Shown: piece after piece, positions 54,271-64,000 of the stretch
Numbering within the stretch: position 1 is the first letter of the stretch
Layout of the letters: every line of letters begins with the position of its first letter
Origin: Eledone cirrhosa
Lineage: Eukaryota
DNA: 64,000 nucleotides
Reading direction: 5' to 3'
Assembly (NCBI GenBank): GCA_964016885.1
Contig: OZ024740.1
Location: 434,682,001-434,746,000, forward strand
Made by a program: the position numbers and the translations under genes
The notes under the pieces: generated by a model
Databases searched by the model: none
Seen by the model: only the letters and a program-made list of their open reading frames with translations
What the model was told of the DNA's origin: nothing

Positions 54271-54390
54271 GACTGGGGTGTAGTGTCTGTCTGGGGAGGT
54301 GTGACTGGGGTGTAGTGTCTGTCTGGGGAGGTGTGACTGAGGTGTAGTGTCTGAGGAGGTGTGACTCAGACTGGGCTGTAGTGTTTGTCT
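54271..54390. repeat. ~32-bp tandem repeat, 3-4 copies
   Basis: Unit GACTGGGGTGTAGTGTCTGTCTGGGGAGGTGT. Confidence 0.85.
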
Positions 54391-54694
54391 CTACCTTTCG
54401 TTGTTTGATTCTTTTTATTTACATGTATTTTTTTCTTTTTTGTTCCCTTTAACATTGTTTTGTTTTTGTATCAAAAGCTCTGTAAAATAAAATGAAGCAT
54501 TTATTATACAGAAGAAAACTAGTCAAACAACATTAAAATAAATATTTTATTTACTTCTATGAGGGTCAATGTCTATATTTTGAGCAGACCTGTTTGTTCT
54601 AGTAGACAGCACACACTACGTCAATATACTAAGTGCTTGATTAGTGAAGTTTTGTCAGCCAACTGACTTTTCTTTATTTTTCAAAAACTTCGCA

Positions 54695-54890
54695 TCACTT
54701 TTGTACTGGTCACTGTCGAGATCTCTGGTGTTCTTGGTCCCTTCATTGTTGATTTCCTTCGTAAAATTGGAAAAACAGCGGCCCAACTGGGGAAGGGGTC
54801 CCTTGAGATGGCGAGTGGCTGTTGCAGCAGGTGTTGCTGGTTATTCACCGCAGCAATACATTTACCATTTTAACCACAGGTTTCAGTTGA
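54695..54890 (+). mobile_element. Old CRE-like non-LTR 3' fragment
   Basis: FVLVTVEISGVLGPFIVDFLRKIGK / DGEWLLQQVLLVIHRSNTFTILTTG* resembles F.P.A.ET.G..GP....FL..IG ... WL.QR.S.A..RGN...IL. Confidence 0.6.
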
Positions 54891-55294
54891 AGTACCTCTC
54901 TGATGGGCTGTACCCCCCCCCCCCCCTATGTCTTCCGTTGTTTAAATCCCTATTTTCTTTCCTTATCGCCATGTATATTGTTTGTTTGTTTTTTTTACTA
55001 CTGGATATTTTGAATTGCTGTAAATTTTAACCGATTATGAAAAAAAAAAAAGAATTGCAATCAGGAATGTATTTATGGACTTCTAATGGCCAAGTGTGAG
55101 ACCCGCACCACCCTCTTAGCTACTCAAGTATTTCAATCTACTGTATATGAAATGAAACTGAAATAAGTCATGTTTTAGGTCCGTTAAATAAAGGAAACTA
55201 CGAGTTTCCTCCCCTGTTTATACTGGACGGTAAATCTATTTCTTATTCCTTGTCCTCTTATTCGTAATATTTGCTGTCAATAATGCTTCCTGAT

Positions 55295-55487
55295 TTAGGC
55301 ACAAGTCGGACAAATAGTGGGATGGGAAAGTCTATTATATTGACCCGAGTGCATCACTGGTACTGTATTTTATCGACCTCCGTAAGAATGAAAGGCAAAG
55401 CTAACCTCGGTGGGATTTAAACTCGGAACGTAAAGGGCTGTAACTTTGTCGCGAAGCATGGTGTCCGACGCTCTACCGCTTACTGTC
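55295..55487 (-). mobile_element. SINE including tRNA-like head, in ASPM intron 1
   Basis: Reverse complement GAGTTTAAATCCCACCGAGGTTAGCTTTGCCTTTCATTCTTACGGAGGTCGATAAAATACAGTACCAGT matches the 51008 and 53189 copies. Confidence 0.85.
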
Positions 55488-55635
55488 TAGAGGTGATCCA
55501 CATGTGGAGACAGGCGTGTCGAGAGGTGAACCACAAGTGGAGACTGGGATGTCCAGAGGTGAACCACATGTGGAGATTGATGTGTCCAGGGGTGAACCAC
55601 ATGTGGAGACTGGGGTGTCCAGAGGTAATCCACAT
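55488..55635. repeat. 33-bp tandem repeat, ~4.5 copies
   Basis: Unit AGAGGTGAACCACATGTGGAGACTGGGGTGTCC, containing the palindrome CCACATGTGG. Confidence 0.9.
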
Positions 55636-55750
55636 ATCTCAATATTGGAACTGTCCAAGAGAAATCTATAAACCTAACAAAGTTAAGATGTCACATTAGA
55701 TTTCAAGTGTGTTATTAATTTTACTTAATGAACCATTTTTTTCTTTCCAG

Positions 55751-57011
55751 GTAAGAGGAATCATGTCGACCACCAAAACGCATTTCTCTGTCATACATAC
55801 ACCAAATTTAGCAAAGTTAAAGTCTTATGGCTCCGAGATTCAGTATAAGACTGTTTCTTCCAAACAAAACCAGAACACCACAATTTCTGATCAAGAGAAT
55901 ACAGAACCATCATATTCAAGGTTAACAGCAAAAGATAAAATGGTACCAAACCGATATAATGTGAAGAAAAGTTCTATGAAGAAAAGAAATGATTCCGTTT
56001 CTTGTATGACCAGCAGGAACTCTAGTTTGGCAGTGGAGTCTAAGGAGAGTAAGAATGAGATTTACCATCACTCTCAAGATGTTACCTATACACACCATGA
56101 ATTAGAGAGTAACTCCACGCAGAACCTCTTAACATACGTAGAGAGGAATGTACTCGTAGAAAGTCAAAATGTGGCCGAATATCAACACAGCTATGTCACA
56201 ACTAAGAGGCAAAAGCCCATGGCAGATGAAATTATTGGGCCCACATTTTGTAAACAGACCCCTCGACGGGAAACTTATGTAGTGAAAAAACAGAGGAGAA
56301 GGAGCTTGAAAAACGAGTTTAAAAAGACTCCAACTTCAAGTTGTTTACCTGTAGTAAGTTTGTCTCCACCACAGCTATCTCCATGTTACGATAACTCCAT
56401 TAAGAATGCAACACTCAGCATTGATGGTGCAATGTTAAGCCCCATTCAAACAAATTTCCTATTGACAAGTTCTCCCATTGAAAGTCACCAACATTCTACT
56501 TATTCTAATAGATCACAACTTGTACAGAACCAATCTGGAGAAAATACTGCAAAGTTGGAAATCCCTTCAAGAATTGAAATCTTTTCTGAACTAGCTCCTA
56601 TTGAAAAGCAACAACCTTCTCCTAAATCTGATAATGGTTTATCTTCAGACTCGTTGAATAGTAGAAGCTCCTCTCCTAATTCAGAAAGTGTTTATGATAT
56701 TCATCAAACTCCTATGCTTTCAACAAAAGACGCTGCTCGTATATCTCAATCTACACATGTTATCAAAGAACCAAAAATTATTTGTAAAGCCGGAGGATTG
56801 GGGAGAAAAAAATTATTTTCTAAACACATGCCATCTTCTGTACAGAAAGCACCTGTGAATTGTAAAGTTATCAGAGCCAAACTTACCCCAAGGAAAACAA
56901 CAAAGTCACTGAGTTCCAAACTAAGAACTTCTACAAGATTTACAAAAAGTTCTGAGAATATTCTGAGAGATAATTCTGCAAAAGAAGATTCATTTATTCA
57001 TAAAAAACCTC
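55751..57011 (+). CDS. ASPM: ASPM coding exon 2 (large Ser/Thr/Lys-rich, probably disordered region)
   Basis: 1261-nt stop-free frame. Acceptor TTTTTTCTTTCCAG| is phase 0 and donor C|GTGAGT is phase 1. Its position matches the large post-ASH exon of ASPM genes. Confidence 0.85.
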
Positions 57012-57547
57012 GTGAGTTTCCTCCTTTTTATTAAAAATATTTTTTGAGTTCTAGATTATCCCTAATCAAGCAGATCTCTGATTTGATTTTTTTTTTTTTT
57101 TTTTTTTTTTTTAATTCTTTTCCTAGTCTGTTATTGGACTGTGGCCATGTTGGGGCACTGCTTTCAAATGATTTAGTTGGTTATATCTAAGATTAGTAGA
57201 ATAAGCATTTTATTGATGATATATAGGCTGAAAAGCAAGGGATATAGCTAGAACTTAAGTACCAGAAAATATTTTTTGTGCTGCTGCTTACATGTGTACA
57301 CACACCTTCTTCTTCCTCCTCCCCCACTTATTCCTGTGAGTTATAGTGGCAGTCCTCAAACACCTTTCACTGGGTCCTGTCAGAAGCAACCATCTCCAAT
57401 TGACCTGCCTGAATCCCCAAATGAGACCAGTCAAGCTCATGGATGTTATCCAACCATCTTGCTCTGAGTCTGCAGTTGGTTTTGCCCATGAAATCTGTCC
57501 AGTAATTCTTTCTTGTGACATTCTAACCACATAATCTATCTATCCTC

Positions 57548-57690
57548 ACCGTTTAATGTCCATTTTTCCACACTAGCATGGGTTAGACAAGTTGTCCTGT
57601 TGTGAGACAAGCCATATCAGATGACCATGTCTTGTTCATACATAACTGATTTTGGCTGGATGCCCTTCCTAACACCAACCACATTTAGTG
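57548..57690 (-). mobile_element. RTE-type 3'UTR fragment
   Basis: CGTTTAATGTCCATTTTTCCACACTAGCATGGGTT and GGCTGGATGCCCTTCCTAACAC.AACCAC match 42767-42902. Confidence 0.75.
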
Positions 57691-58187
57691 TGCTGGGTGA
57701 ATTTTGTTGCTGCCACTACCATTTAGTGTGGGCTGGAAAATTGGGTGGGGGGAAGTGTGAGGGGTAGTGTTGGGAGGGACGTGGACGAAGGGAGGGGTGT
57801 TAGGACGTGGAGATGTATGGGAGGGGAGAGGGAATTTTAATAATAATAATCATAGTAATTGTTGGTCCCTTGTTATTTCCATGCTGGCATTGTTTGGAGG
57901 GGACTTTTTGAAGTGTTTTACAGCTGGACCCTTCCTGATACCAACCCTTTTAGTTGCTTACAACATGTAGGGATATGGGGTACCTATTCTAAACTAGATA
58001 TTCTCCATGTTAACTATAAACACAATCTTTGAGTACAAAGAGATTCAACAACAGACCCTCCTAGCTCCTTTACAGCTTCCCTTGCTTCACATTTCTTATT
58101 TTACCTCCAGTTGGCCTTCTGTGTTTAAGTTTATTTTTTTAAATTAAAATTTTTATATCAACTTATCTCTGTATATCTTTTTTTATT

Positions 58188-58413
58188 TGTTTCTCAACAG
58201 TAAGTACTCAATACCTTCCCCCCTAGTCTATCATGTCTTACTAGCTCTATACAGACGTCTATTGTTTCTCAACAGTAAGAAGTACTCAATACCTTCCCCC
58301 TTAGTGTCATATCTTACTAGCTCTATACAGACGTCTATTGTTTCTCAACAGTAAGAAGTACTCAATACTTTCCCCCCTAGTCTGTCATGTCTTACTAGCT
58401 CTATACAGACGTC
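58188..58413. repeat. ~76-bp unit x3, also present x2 at 60425-60582
   Basis: Unit TTGTTTCTCAACAGTAAGAAGTACTCAATACCTTCCCCCCTAGTCTGTCATGTCTTACTAGCTCTATACAGACGTC. Confidence 0.85.
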
Positions 58414-58570
58414 TTAATGTTCTGTATAACCCCACTAATATTTATGTAGTGCTGTTCTGTACAGTCCCAATATAAATGTATTTAATCTCTGCAGTGTAAT
58501 GATATCCCATTTTGCCCAGCTGTTGTTTATTAAAATTTAATTGTGAATATTTGTTTTTATTTAATTTTAG

Positions 58571-58651
58571 AGTTGAAGAAAAAATCATTGATAACTCCTC
58601 AACCAGCAGTTGCTCAAAGTAGACTGATTCTAGGAAAGAGAGAAAAAACTG
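58571..58651 (+). CDS. ASPM: ASPM coding exon 3 (81 nt, GC donor)
   Basis: Acceptor TTTTAG|. Encodes (Q)LKKKSLITPQPAVAQSRLILGKREKT; the VAQS.L....KT motif precedes P.HPMPF in ASPM orthologues. Phase 1 to phase 1 through G|GCAAGT. Confidence 0.75.
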
Positions 58652-58761
58652 GCAAGTTTTTACTTAAAAACCCTTTTACAGAACCTAGTGTTTTGCAGTA
58701 AAATTATCTCTTAATATTGCTATACAGCAAAACCAATTTCAACTCCCTTTCATGATATTAA

Positions 58762-58980
58762 CCCTTTAACATTTAAATTACTTTATATTTACTATTGTAT
58801 TTTCATGGTAAACACTTTATTTCACATAATTATCTCATAATATTGAATCTATGAGATTTTGATATTATATATTTTGTGAACAATACCTTAACATCATTAT
58901 AAATGGCCAGTTACAACTAGTTTGAACAGAAAGAGGCGAGAGAATTCTGGCCGGATATGGCCAGTTTAAATGTGAAAGTG
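58762..58980. mobile_element. piggyBac-type MITE (degenerate right end)
   Basis: TTAA|CCCTTTAACATTTAAA ... TTTAAATGTGAAAGTG|TTGA. Internally homologous to 61685-61879. Confidence 0.75.
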
Positions 58981-59293
58981 TTGAAACAAATTATTACTTT
59001 TCCAATCTATATTTCCTTATTTGTCATGTGTAATATTCACCTCCAAAGTGAAAATATTTTCGCACCTCATTTATGTAAAATTTTGAAGTTGATTTAAATT
59101 GGCAAAATATTAACCTTGAATATAAGCAGCCCTCATTTTATCATTTTTCTTTCTTTCCTCTTCTTTTCCTTGGCTTATATACAAGTGTATATAGTATGTC
59201 TTTCTATTGCTAAAAATTGTCCCTAATAAGAAAAAAATTTAAATAATCAATATTTAGCTGAATTTTTATCCTCATTTTTATTTTCATTATCAG

Positions 59294-59440
59294 TTTTACC
59301 AAAACATCCGATGCCATTTGCTAGTAAGAACATCTATTATGATGAAAGATGGATGCAAAAACAGGAATGGAGTTTTACTCATTGGTTTAACTATATCTTA
59401 ACACCTGTTGAAGAATACAAAATCAGAAAATGTGTAAAAG
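59294..59440 (+). CDS. ASPM: ASPM coding exon 4
   Basis: [37 protein letters not shown] is a hallmark ASPM/asp motif. CAG| acceptor, G|GTAATT donor. Confidence 0.95.
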
Positions 59441-59673
59441 GTAATTTACTACAGTCACCTTTTAATGATAATGTACAGGATTTTAAGGAGTTATTCTTTT
59501 ACAGCTGACAGCTTAAGGCTATGCTGGGGCACTGCAATTGCTACTCTATAACGTGTTCCAGCCAATTGGCTGAGGCCATGCTGGGGCACTGCAGTTGTTC
59601 TCAATTTTTTTTTTTTTTTTTGTTTTAATTCCAAACTATTTAGTTTTCTTTTAATATTCTTCTTTGTGTTTCT

Positions 59674-59993
59674 GTTGAACCTGATTGGCTCTGACTCTGT
59701 AAATATGATCAAAGATTATTTCTAATGTTGAACCTCGGATTGGCTCTGACTCTGTAAATATGATCAAAGATTATTTCTAATGTTGAACCTCGGATTGGCT
59801 CTGACTCTGTAAATATGATCAAAGATTATTTCTAATGTTGAACCTCGGATTGGCTCTGACTCTGTAAATATGATCAAAGATTATTTCTGATGTTGAACCT
59901 CGAATTGGCTCAGACTGTGTATATGTGATCAAAGGTTGTGTTTCTGATGTTGAACCTCGAATTGGCTCAGACTGTGTATATGTGATCAAAGAT
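59674..59993. repeat. 55-bp minisatellite, ~6 copies
   Basis: Unit GTTGAACCTCGGATTGGCTCTGACTCTGTAAATATGATCAAAGATTATTTCTAAT. Period is 55 (59701, 59756, 59811). Confidence 0.93.
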
Positions 59994-60234
59994 TATTATA
60001 GCAGAATCAGTAGAGGCGCTAGAGAATAAATTCTGTCTATGGAAACAGCAGTTGGAATCAAGAGGACTGAGAGTGAACCTAGCTAACACAGAAGTGTTGA
60101 TGAGTAGAAAAGAGGACAAAACTCTGATTCCGTCAGGGAAATGGCCATGTTCGATATGCAGAAAAGGAACTGGCATAAATTCTATAAAATACACACAATG
60201 CAGATCTTGGGTACACAAGAGATGTAGTGGGATA
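59992..60234 (+). mobile_element. RTE LINE internal fragment (RT end plus start of PHD-like finger)
   Basis: IIAESVEALENKFCLWKQQLESRGLRVNLANTEVL...PSGKWPCSICRKGTGINSI..TQCRSWVHKRCSGI aligns with aa ~153-232 of the 43135-44529 ORF. Confidence 0.9.
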
Positions 60235-60248
60235 GCGCACACGCAGGC

Positions 60249-60285
<37 letters not shown>

Positions 60286-60939
60286 AAGAAACCATTTGCT
60301 CCAGTAATTGTACAGCTTAGTTCCTATAGTTGTTTCACTGTAATACCTCTTATCTCACCTCCAGCTGGTCTTTATTTAATTTTTAATTTTATATTCACTT
60401 ATGTTTATCTTTTTTTTTTTTTTTTTGTTTCTCAACAGTAAGTACCCAATACCCCCTCCCCCCTAGTCTGTCATGTCTTACTAGCTCTATACAGGCATCT
60501 TGTTTCTCAACAGTAAGAAGTACTCAATACTCCCCCCCCCCACCCCCTAGTTTGTCATGGCTTACTCGCTCTATTCAGACGTTTAAATTGATGAAATAAA
60601 TAAATATATTATTGCTTTACATTTACTTTAGTCTTTGTATCAGATTGTTTTAGATTTGGTCAGTTATTGGAAGAAATCTCTCCATAGATGGATTCTCTTC
60701 CTATTTGTAGTCACAGCAATTATGTAGAAGCTAAACTCTATTGCTTTATCTGTGATGGATAGATAAATGACCCTATAAAGCCTGATGGGCTTGTAAGGGG
60801 CACAGTATTGAAATAGGGAGTATCTAGGGCATTTTAAACTCTAGTGGAGCCTGTCTGCTCTCCAGGTTGGAATACAGCAGATTTCTTCCAGAGAAGGGGA
60901 GAGAGAGAGGGGGAAAGGAAGGAAGTGAGATATAGAGAT

Positions 60940-61095
60940 AGAATAGACCCCAGTATTTGACTGGTACTTTTTTTATTGACCTTGAATGGATGAAAGGTAA
61001 AGTTGACCTCATTGGTATTTGAAGTGAGAGCCAGAAAAAATACCACAAAGTATTCTCTCGGACATTCTACTAACTCTGCAAATTCGCTGCCTTAT
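60940..61095 (-). mobile_element. Degenerate SINE
   Basis: ACTGGTACTTTTTTTATTGACC...GGATGAAAGGTAAAGTTGACCTC matches the 55295 copy. Confidence 0.7.
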
Positions 61096-61270
61096 TTGTT
61101 ACACAAATGGAATAAATTTGGCAATAATTCTCCAAGCCGAAAGACAAAATTGTTTGTTAAAACAAGTTTTTCAACTCCTCATTGATAAATATTTTAGTAT
61201 TTTTCTACAACTTAACTTGATTGTTTTGTAGTTGTTTTATTTGCTTGTTATTTTCTCTTCCTCTTTCTAG

Positions 61271-61572
61271 TTGATGCTAAATCTCTGCTGTTCACTACCA
61301 AACAAGAGGCACATCTGGCGCCATCGAAAGAGGTGTTAAGTTTTGAGGCTTACGCTGCACGTAAGAGACTAAACAGACTAAGGAAACTTGCCTGTAAAAT
61401 GTTCCAAAGTGAGGACGTAGTAAAAGTTGTCCAAAGACTTGAGGTGGAGATTGACAGCCAGAGACTGGTTATGAGGAAAGATCGACCAGCTCATGCTGAT
61501 ATTGGCTTGAAACAAAAGATCTTGAACTGGATTCTCTCATATAATTCCTTGTGGTTACGAATTGGATTAGAG
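61271..61572 (+). CDS. ASPM: ASPM coding exon 5
   Basis: [29 protein letters not shown]...RKDR...[25 protein letters not shown] is conserved ASPM sequence leading into the CH region. CTAG| acceptor, GAG|GTCAGT donor. Confidence 0.95.
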
Positions 61573-61684
61573 GTCAGTACTTTTGATATTCCACCCCTCT
61601 CCACCACCTTCATCGCCATGTCGTGGTACCAGTACTACATTTAAAAATTATCATTTAAATACTTTAAAAATAAATTTTCATTAA

Positions 61685-61879
61685 CCCTTTAACATTTACA
61701 TTACTCTATATATACTTTTGTTTTTTCACAATAAAAGGCTTTACCATAATTATCTTACATGATATCGAATCTATGAGATTATGATATTATTTATTTTGAA
61801 ACAATACCTTAACGTTAGCAGCCGGTTAAAGCCGGTTTGAACAGAAAGAGGAGAGAATTCTGGTTTAAATGTTAAAGGG
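61685..61879. mobile_element. piggyBac-type MITE with TTAA target duplication
   Basis: TTAA|CCCTTTAACATTTA ... TAAATGTTAAAGGG|TTAA: perfect 14-bp TIRs and CCC/GGG ends. Confidence 0.9.
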
Positions 61880-61991
61880 TTAAATCAAATTTTAAAAATT
61901 CTTTTAAATGCAAGAACATTCCCTCAAATTAAAGATGTAAAAATTAGCTGGCAACATATAACTCTGATCAAATTATCTGGTGAAAGTAGAT

Positions 61992-62670
61992 ATAGAAGGT
62001 TGAGTCAAACATTTTTCATATTTCAAGCTTTAATTATTTAGTTCAAACAAATTCCATACAGAAAGTATTCATTGAAATATATCCTACTATATTCTATTAT
62101 CTGTTGCTCAATTCTACACTTATACCATTTGGCTGGTTTAGAGGCAAAAAACTCCTTGCATTCTCATCCACATTGTTGAATCTCTGTTCATGTAAGAAAT
62201 AAGCCATGGATCAAAAAAGGTGGTAATATGATGGTGCAAGGTCTGGACTGTAGGCAGGGGTGAGGCAGCACTTCCAGCCCCTCAAGGATTTGCCAACAGT
62301 TCTTTGTAAATATTCCCACATAAGCCTGGTTATTGGTCAGTTCATGAACTTCTCAACAATGTCTGTTCACATGGCTGAGTTTATGGAGGTGTTGATTGAT
62401 GGTGCTTTGCGAAGGACCAAGTTCTGCATGTACGAGTGCTTATGATTGGTTGTTCAACGATTTCAAGTAAGGGCTCATCTTCTACAACAGAAAGTCTCCC
62501 TGCTCTTCGTTTGTCTTCGAGGTTGGTGTCACCTTCTTTGAAATGTTTGAACCAGTTTTGAGCCACACATTCACTGACAGTTCCTGGTCCTTCCACATCA
62601 TTAACTTCTGTTGCCATAGCACTGTCCTTTTCTCCACAGTGTATAATCATTCTAATTCATTTCACCACTC
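61992..62670 (-). mobile_element. Internally deleted mariner (Tc1/mariner) transposase relic
   Basis: N-terminal HTH EVNDVEGPGTVSECVAQNWFKHFKEGDTNLEDKRRAGR. C-terminal ..EVLPHP/AYSPDLAPSYYHL at ~62215-62280. The DDD core between them is mostly missing. Confidence 0.85.
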
Positions 62671-62695
62671 ATTATCAAAGCTGTAATATAAATAA

Positions 62696-63057
62696 TAATG
62701 TTTATATATTATATATGATAAATAAGCAATGTTTATATATGATAAATGAGCAATGTTTATATATTATATATGATAAATGAGCAATGTTTATATATTCTAT
62801 ATGATAAATGAGCAATGTTTGTATATTATATATATATATATATATATATAAAAAAAACCTTGTTTATCATATATAATATATAAACATTGCTTATTTATCA
62901 TATACAATATGATAAATGAGCAATGTTTATATATTATATATATATAAACCTTGTTTATCATATATAATATAAAAACATTGCTTATTTATCATATACAATA
63001 TGATAAATAAGCAATGTTTATATATTACATATGATAAATAAGCAATGTTTATATATT
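62696..63057. repeat. AT-rich ~31-bp repeat in direct and inverted orientations
   Basis: ATATGATAAATGAGCAATGTTTATATATT units, with reverse-complement blocks at ~62860-62904 and ~62951-62995. Confidence 0.85.
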
Positions 63058-63404
63058 CATCATCGTTTAACCCCCATTTTCCACAATGAAAATAAAGAAT
63101 AAACAACTCGGCAACAATTGGACAAATTGTATCAAATTATTGATATAATATGGAGATCGATCAAGATTAGACGTCATTTACTTACAGAGTGTAGTGGAAA
63201 ACATCAAATTGGACCAAGGAAACAATGTTTCCATTGGTCCTTTGAAGATGCCAAACATCATCAGTGAAAATCTGAAAAAAACTTTTGATTCAATATTTGG
63301 TATATTGAATAGAAAACTTACTTTATTGATCAATTCCAAAACAAAAGTCTGGTGTTCTTCAGCTTGGCACAGCTTAGATTGTTGTATATTGTATTATATG
63401 TATG

Positions 63405-63446
<42 letters not shown>

Positions 63447-63481
63447 CGGATGTTTTAATGGTGTTTGACCTTCTATTGCAG

Positions 63482-63623
63482 ATGGTGTTTGGAGAAATTC
63501 TGTTAATTGATTCCAATACTGACTTCTTGGGTCAATCAAGGTTTATTGTTACTCGTTTACTTGGAAACCCTGACATTGCCACCCAGTTTTCTCATCCTTC
63601 AGTGCCACATCTTTATAAACAAG
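63482..63623 (+). CDS. ASPM: ASPM coding exon 6 (gene continues beyond window)
   Basis: MVFGEILLIDSNTDFLGQSRFIVTRLLGNPDIATQFSHPSVPHLYKQ(G) matches the ASPM motif ..GE.I....D..GL..FI..RLL.NPDIA..Y.HP.VPHLY..G. TTGCAG| acceptor, G|GTACTA donor. Confidence 0.95.
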
Positions 63624-63776
63624 GTACTATTAACTTGGTATTTCTTTATTCTGGTCTGTCTGGGAGATCAGTAGCCCCACTTCAGTACTGACTTGGTCTA
63701 TATAGACCCAACCTTTGCCATGAGGGAAAGTAGACATTAAAACAACAATGATAATAATGGTGATTAAAATTCACTT

Positions 63777-64000
63777 GAGTAAGATGTCAGTTTGTTGTGA
63801 CATTCGAGTAAGATGTCAGTTTGTTGTGTCATTCGAGTAAGATGTCAGTTTGTTGTGACATTCGAGTAAGATGTCAGTTTGTTGTGACATTCGAGTAAGA
63901 TGTCAGTTTGTTGTGACATTCGAGTAAGATGTCAGTTTGTTGTGACATTCGAGTAAGATGTCAGTTTGTTGTGACATTCGAGTAAGATGTCAGTTTGTTG
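63777..64000. repeat. 29-bp minisatellite, at least 7.7 copies, runs off window
   Basis: Unit GAGTAAGATGTCAGTTTGTTGTGACATTC, with internal ATGTCA-N8-TGACAT. Confidence 0.95.

Noticed and set aside
56635-56662. LSSDSLN as an equivalent of the vertebrate ASPM katanin-binding SPDSF repeat
   Set aside because: The match is too short, lacks the key Phe and lies in a Ser-rich region, so it cannot be supported.

Overview
Animal genomic DNA, AT-rich and repeat-dense. The SINE/LINE repertoire resembles that of octopus (coleoid cephalopods), but that assignment is an inference. Positions 1-42 kb are almost all tandem repeat: 35-bp and 28-bp minisatellites, a ~16.8-kb core+(CT)n array, a 200-N gap, a ~19.8-kb 19/20-bp array, (CCA)n and a 55-bp array. 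The giant ORFs there are artefacts of low complexity. Positions 42-52 kb are a retroelement graveyard: a near full-length but dead RTE LINE with a PHD-type finger inside its RT region, plus CR1-group, CRE-like and SINE fragments. From 52.1 kb the + strand carries the first six coding exons of ASPM (abnormal spindle-like microcephaly-associated), which runs off the window end. The most notable points are a G2/M-type promoter (CCAAT, CDE/CHR, MYB), a GC-AG intron, an AG|GTAAGA recursive-splice-like acceptor on the large exon 2, inverted SINEs and a perfect 30-bp palindrome in intron 1, and minisatellites that sit at TE junctions, one of them built from LINE coding sequence. I found no CRISPR array and no convincing new protein-coding system.
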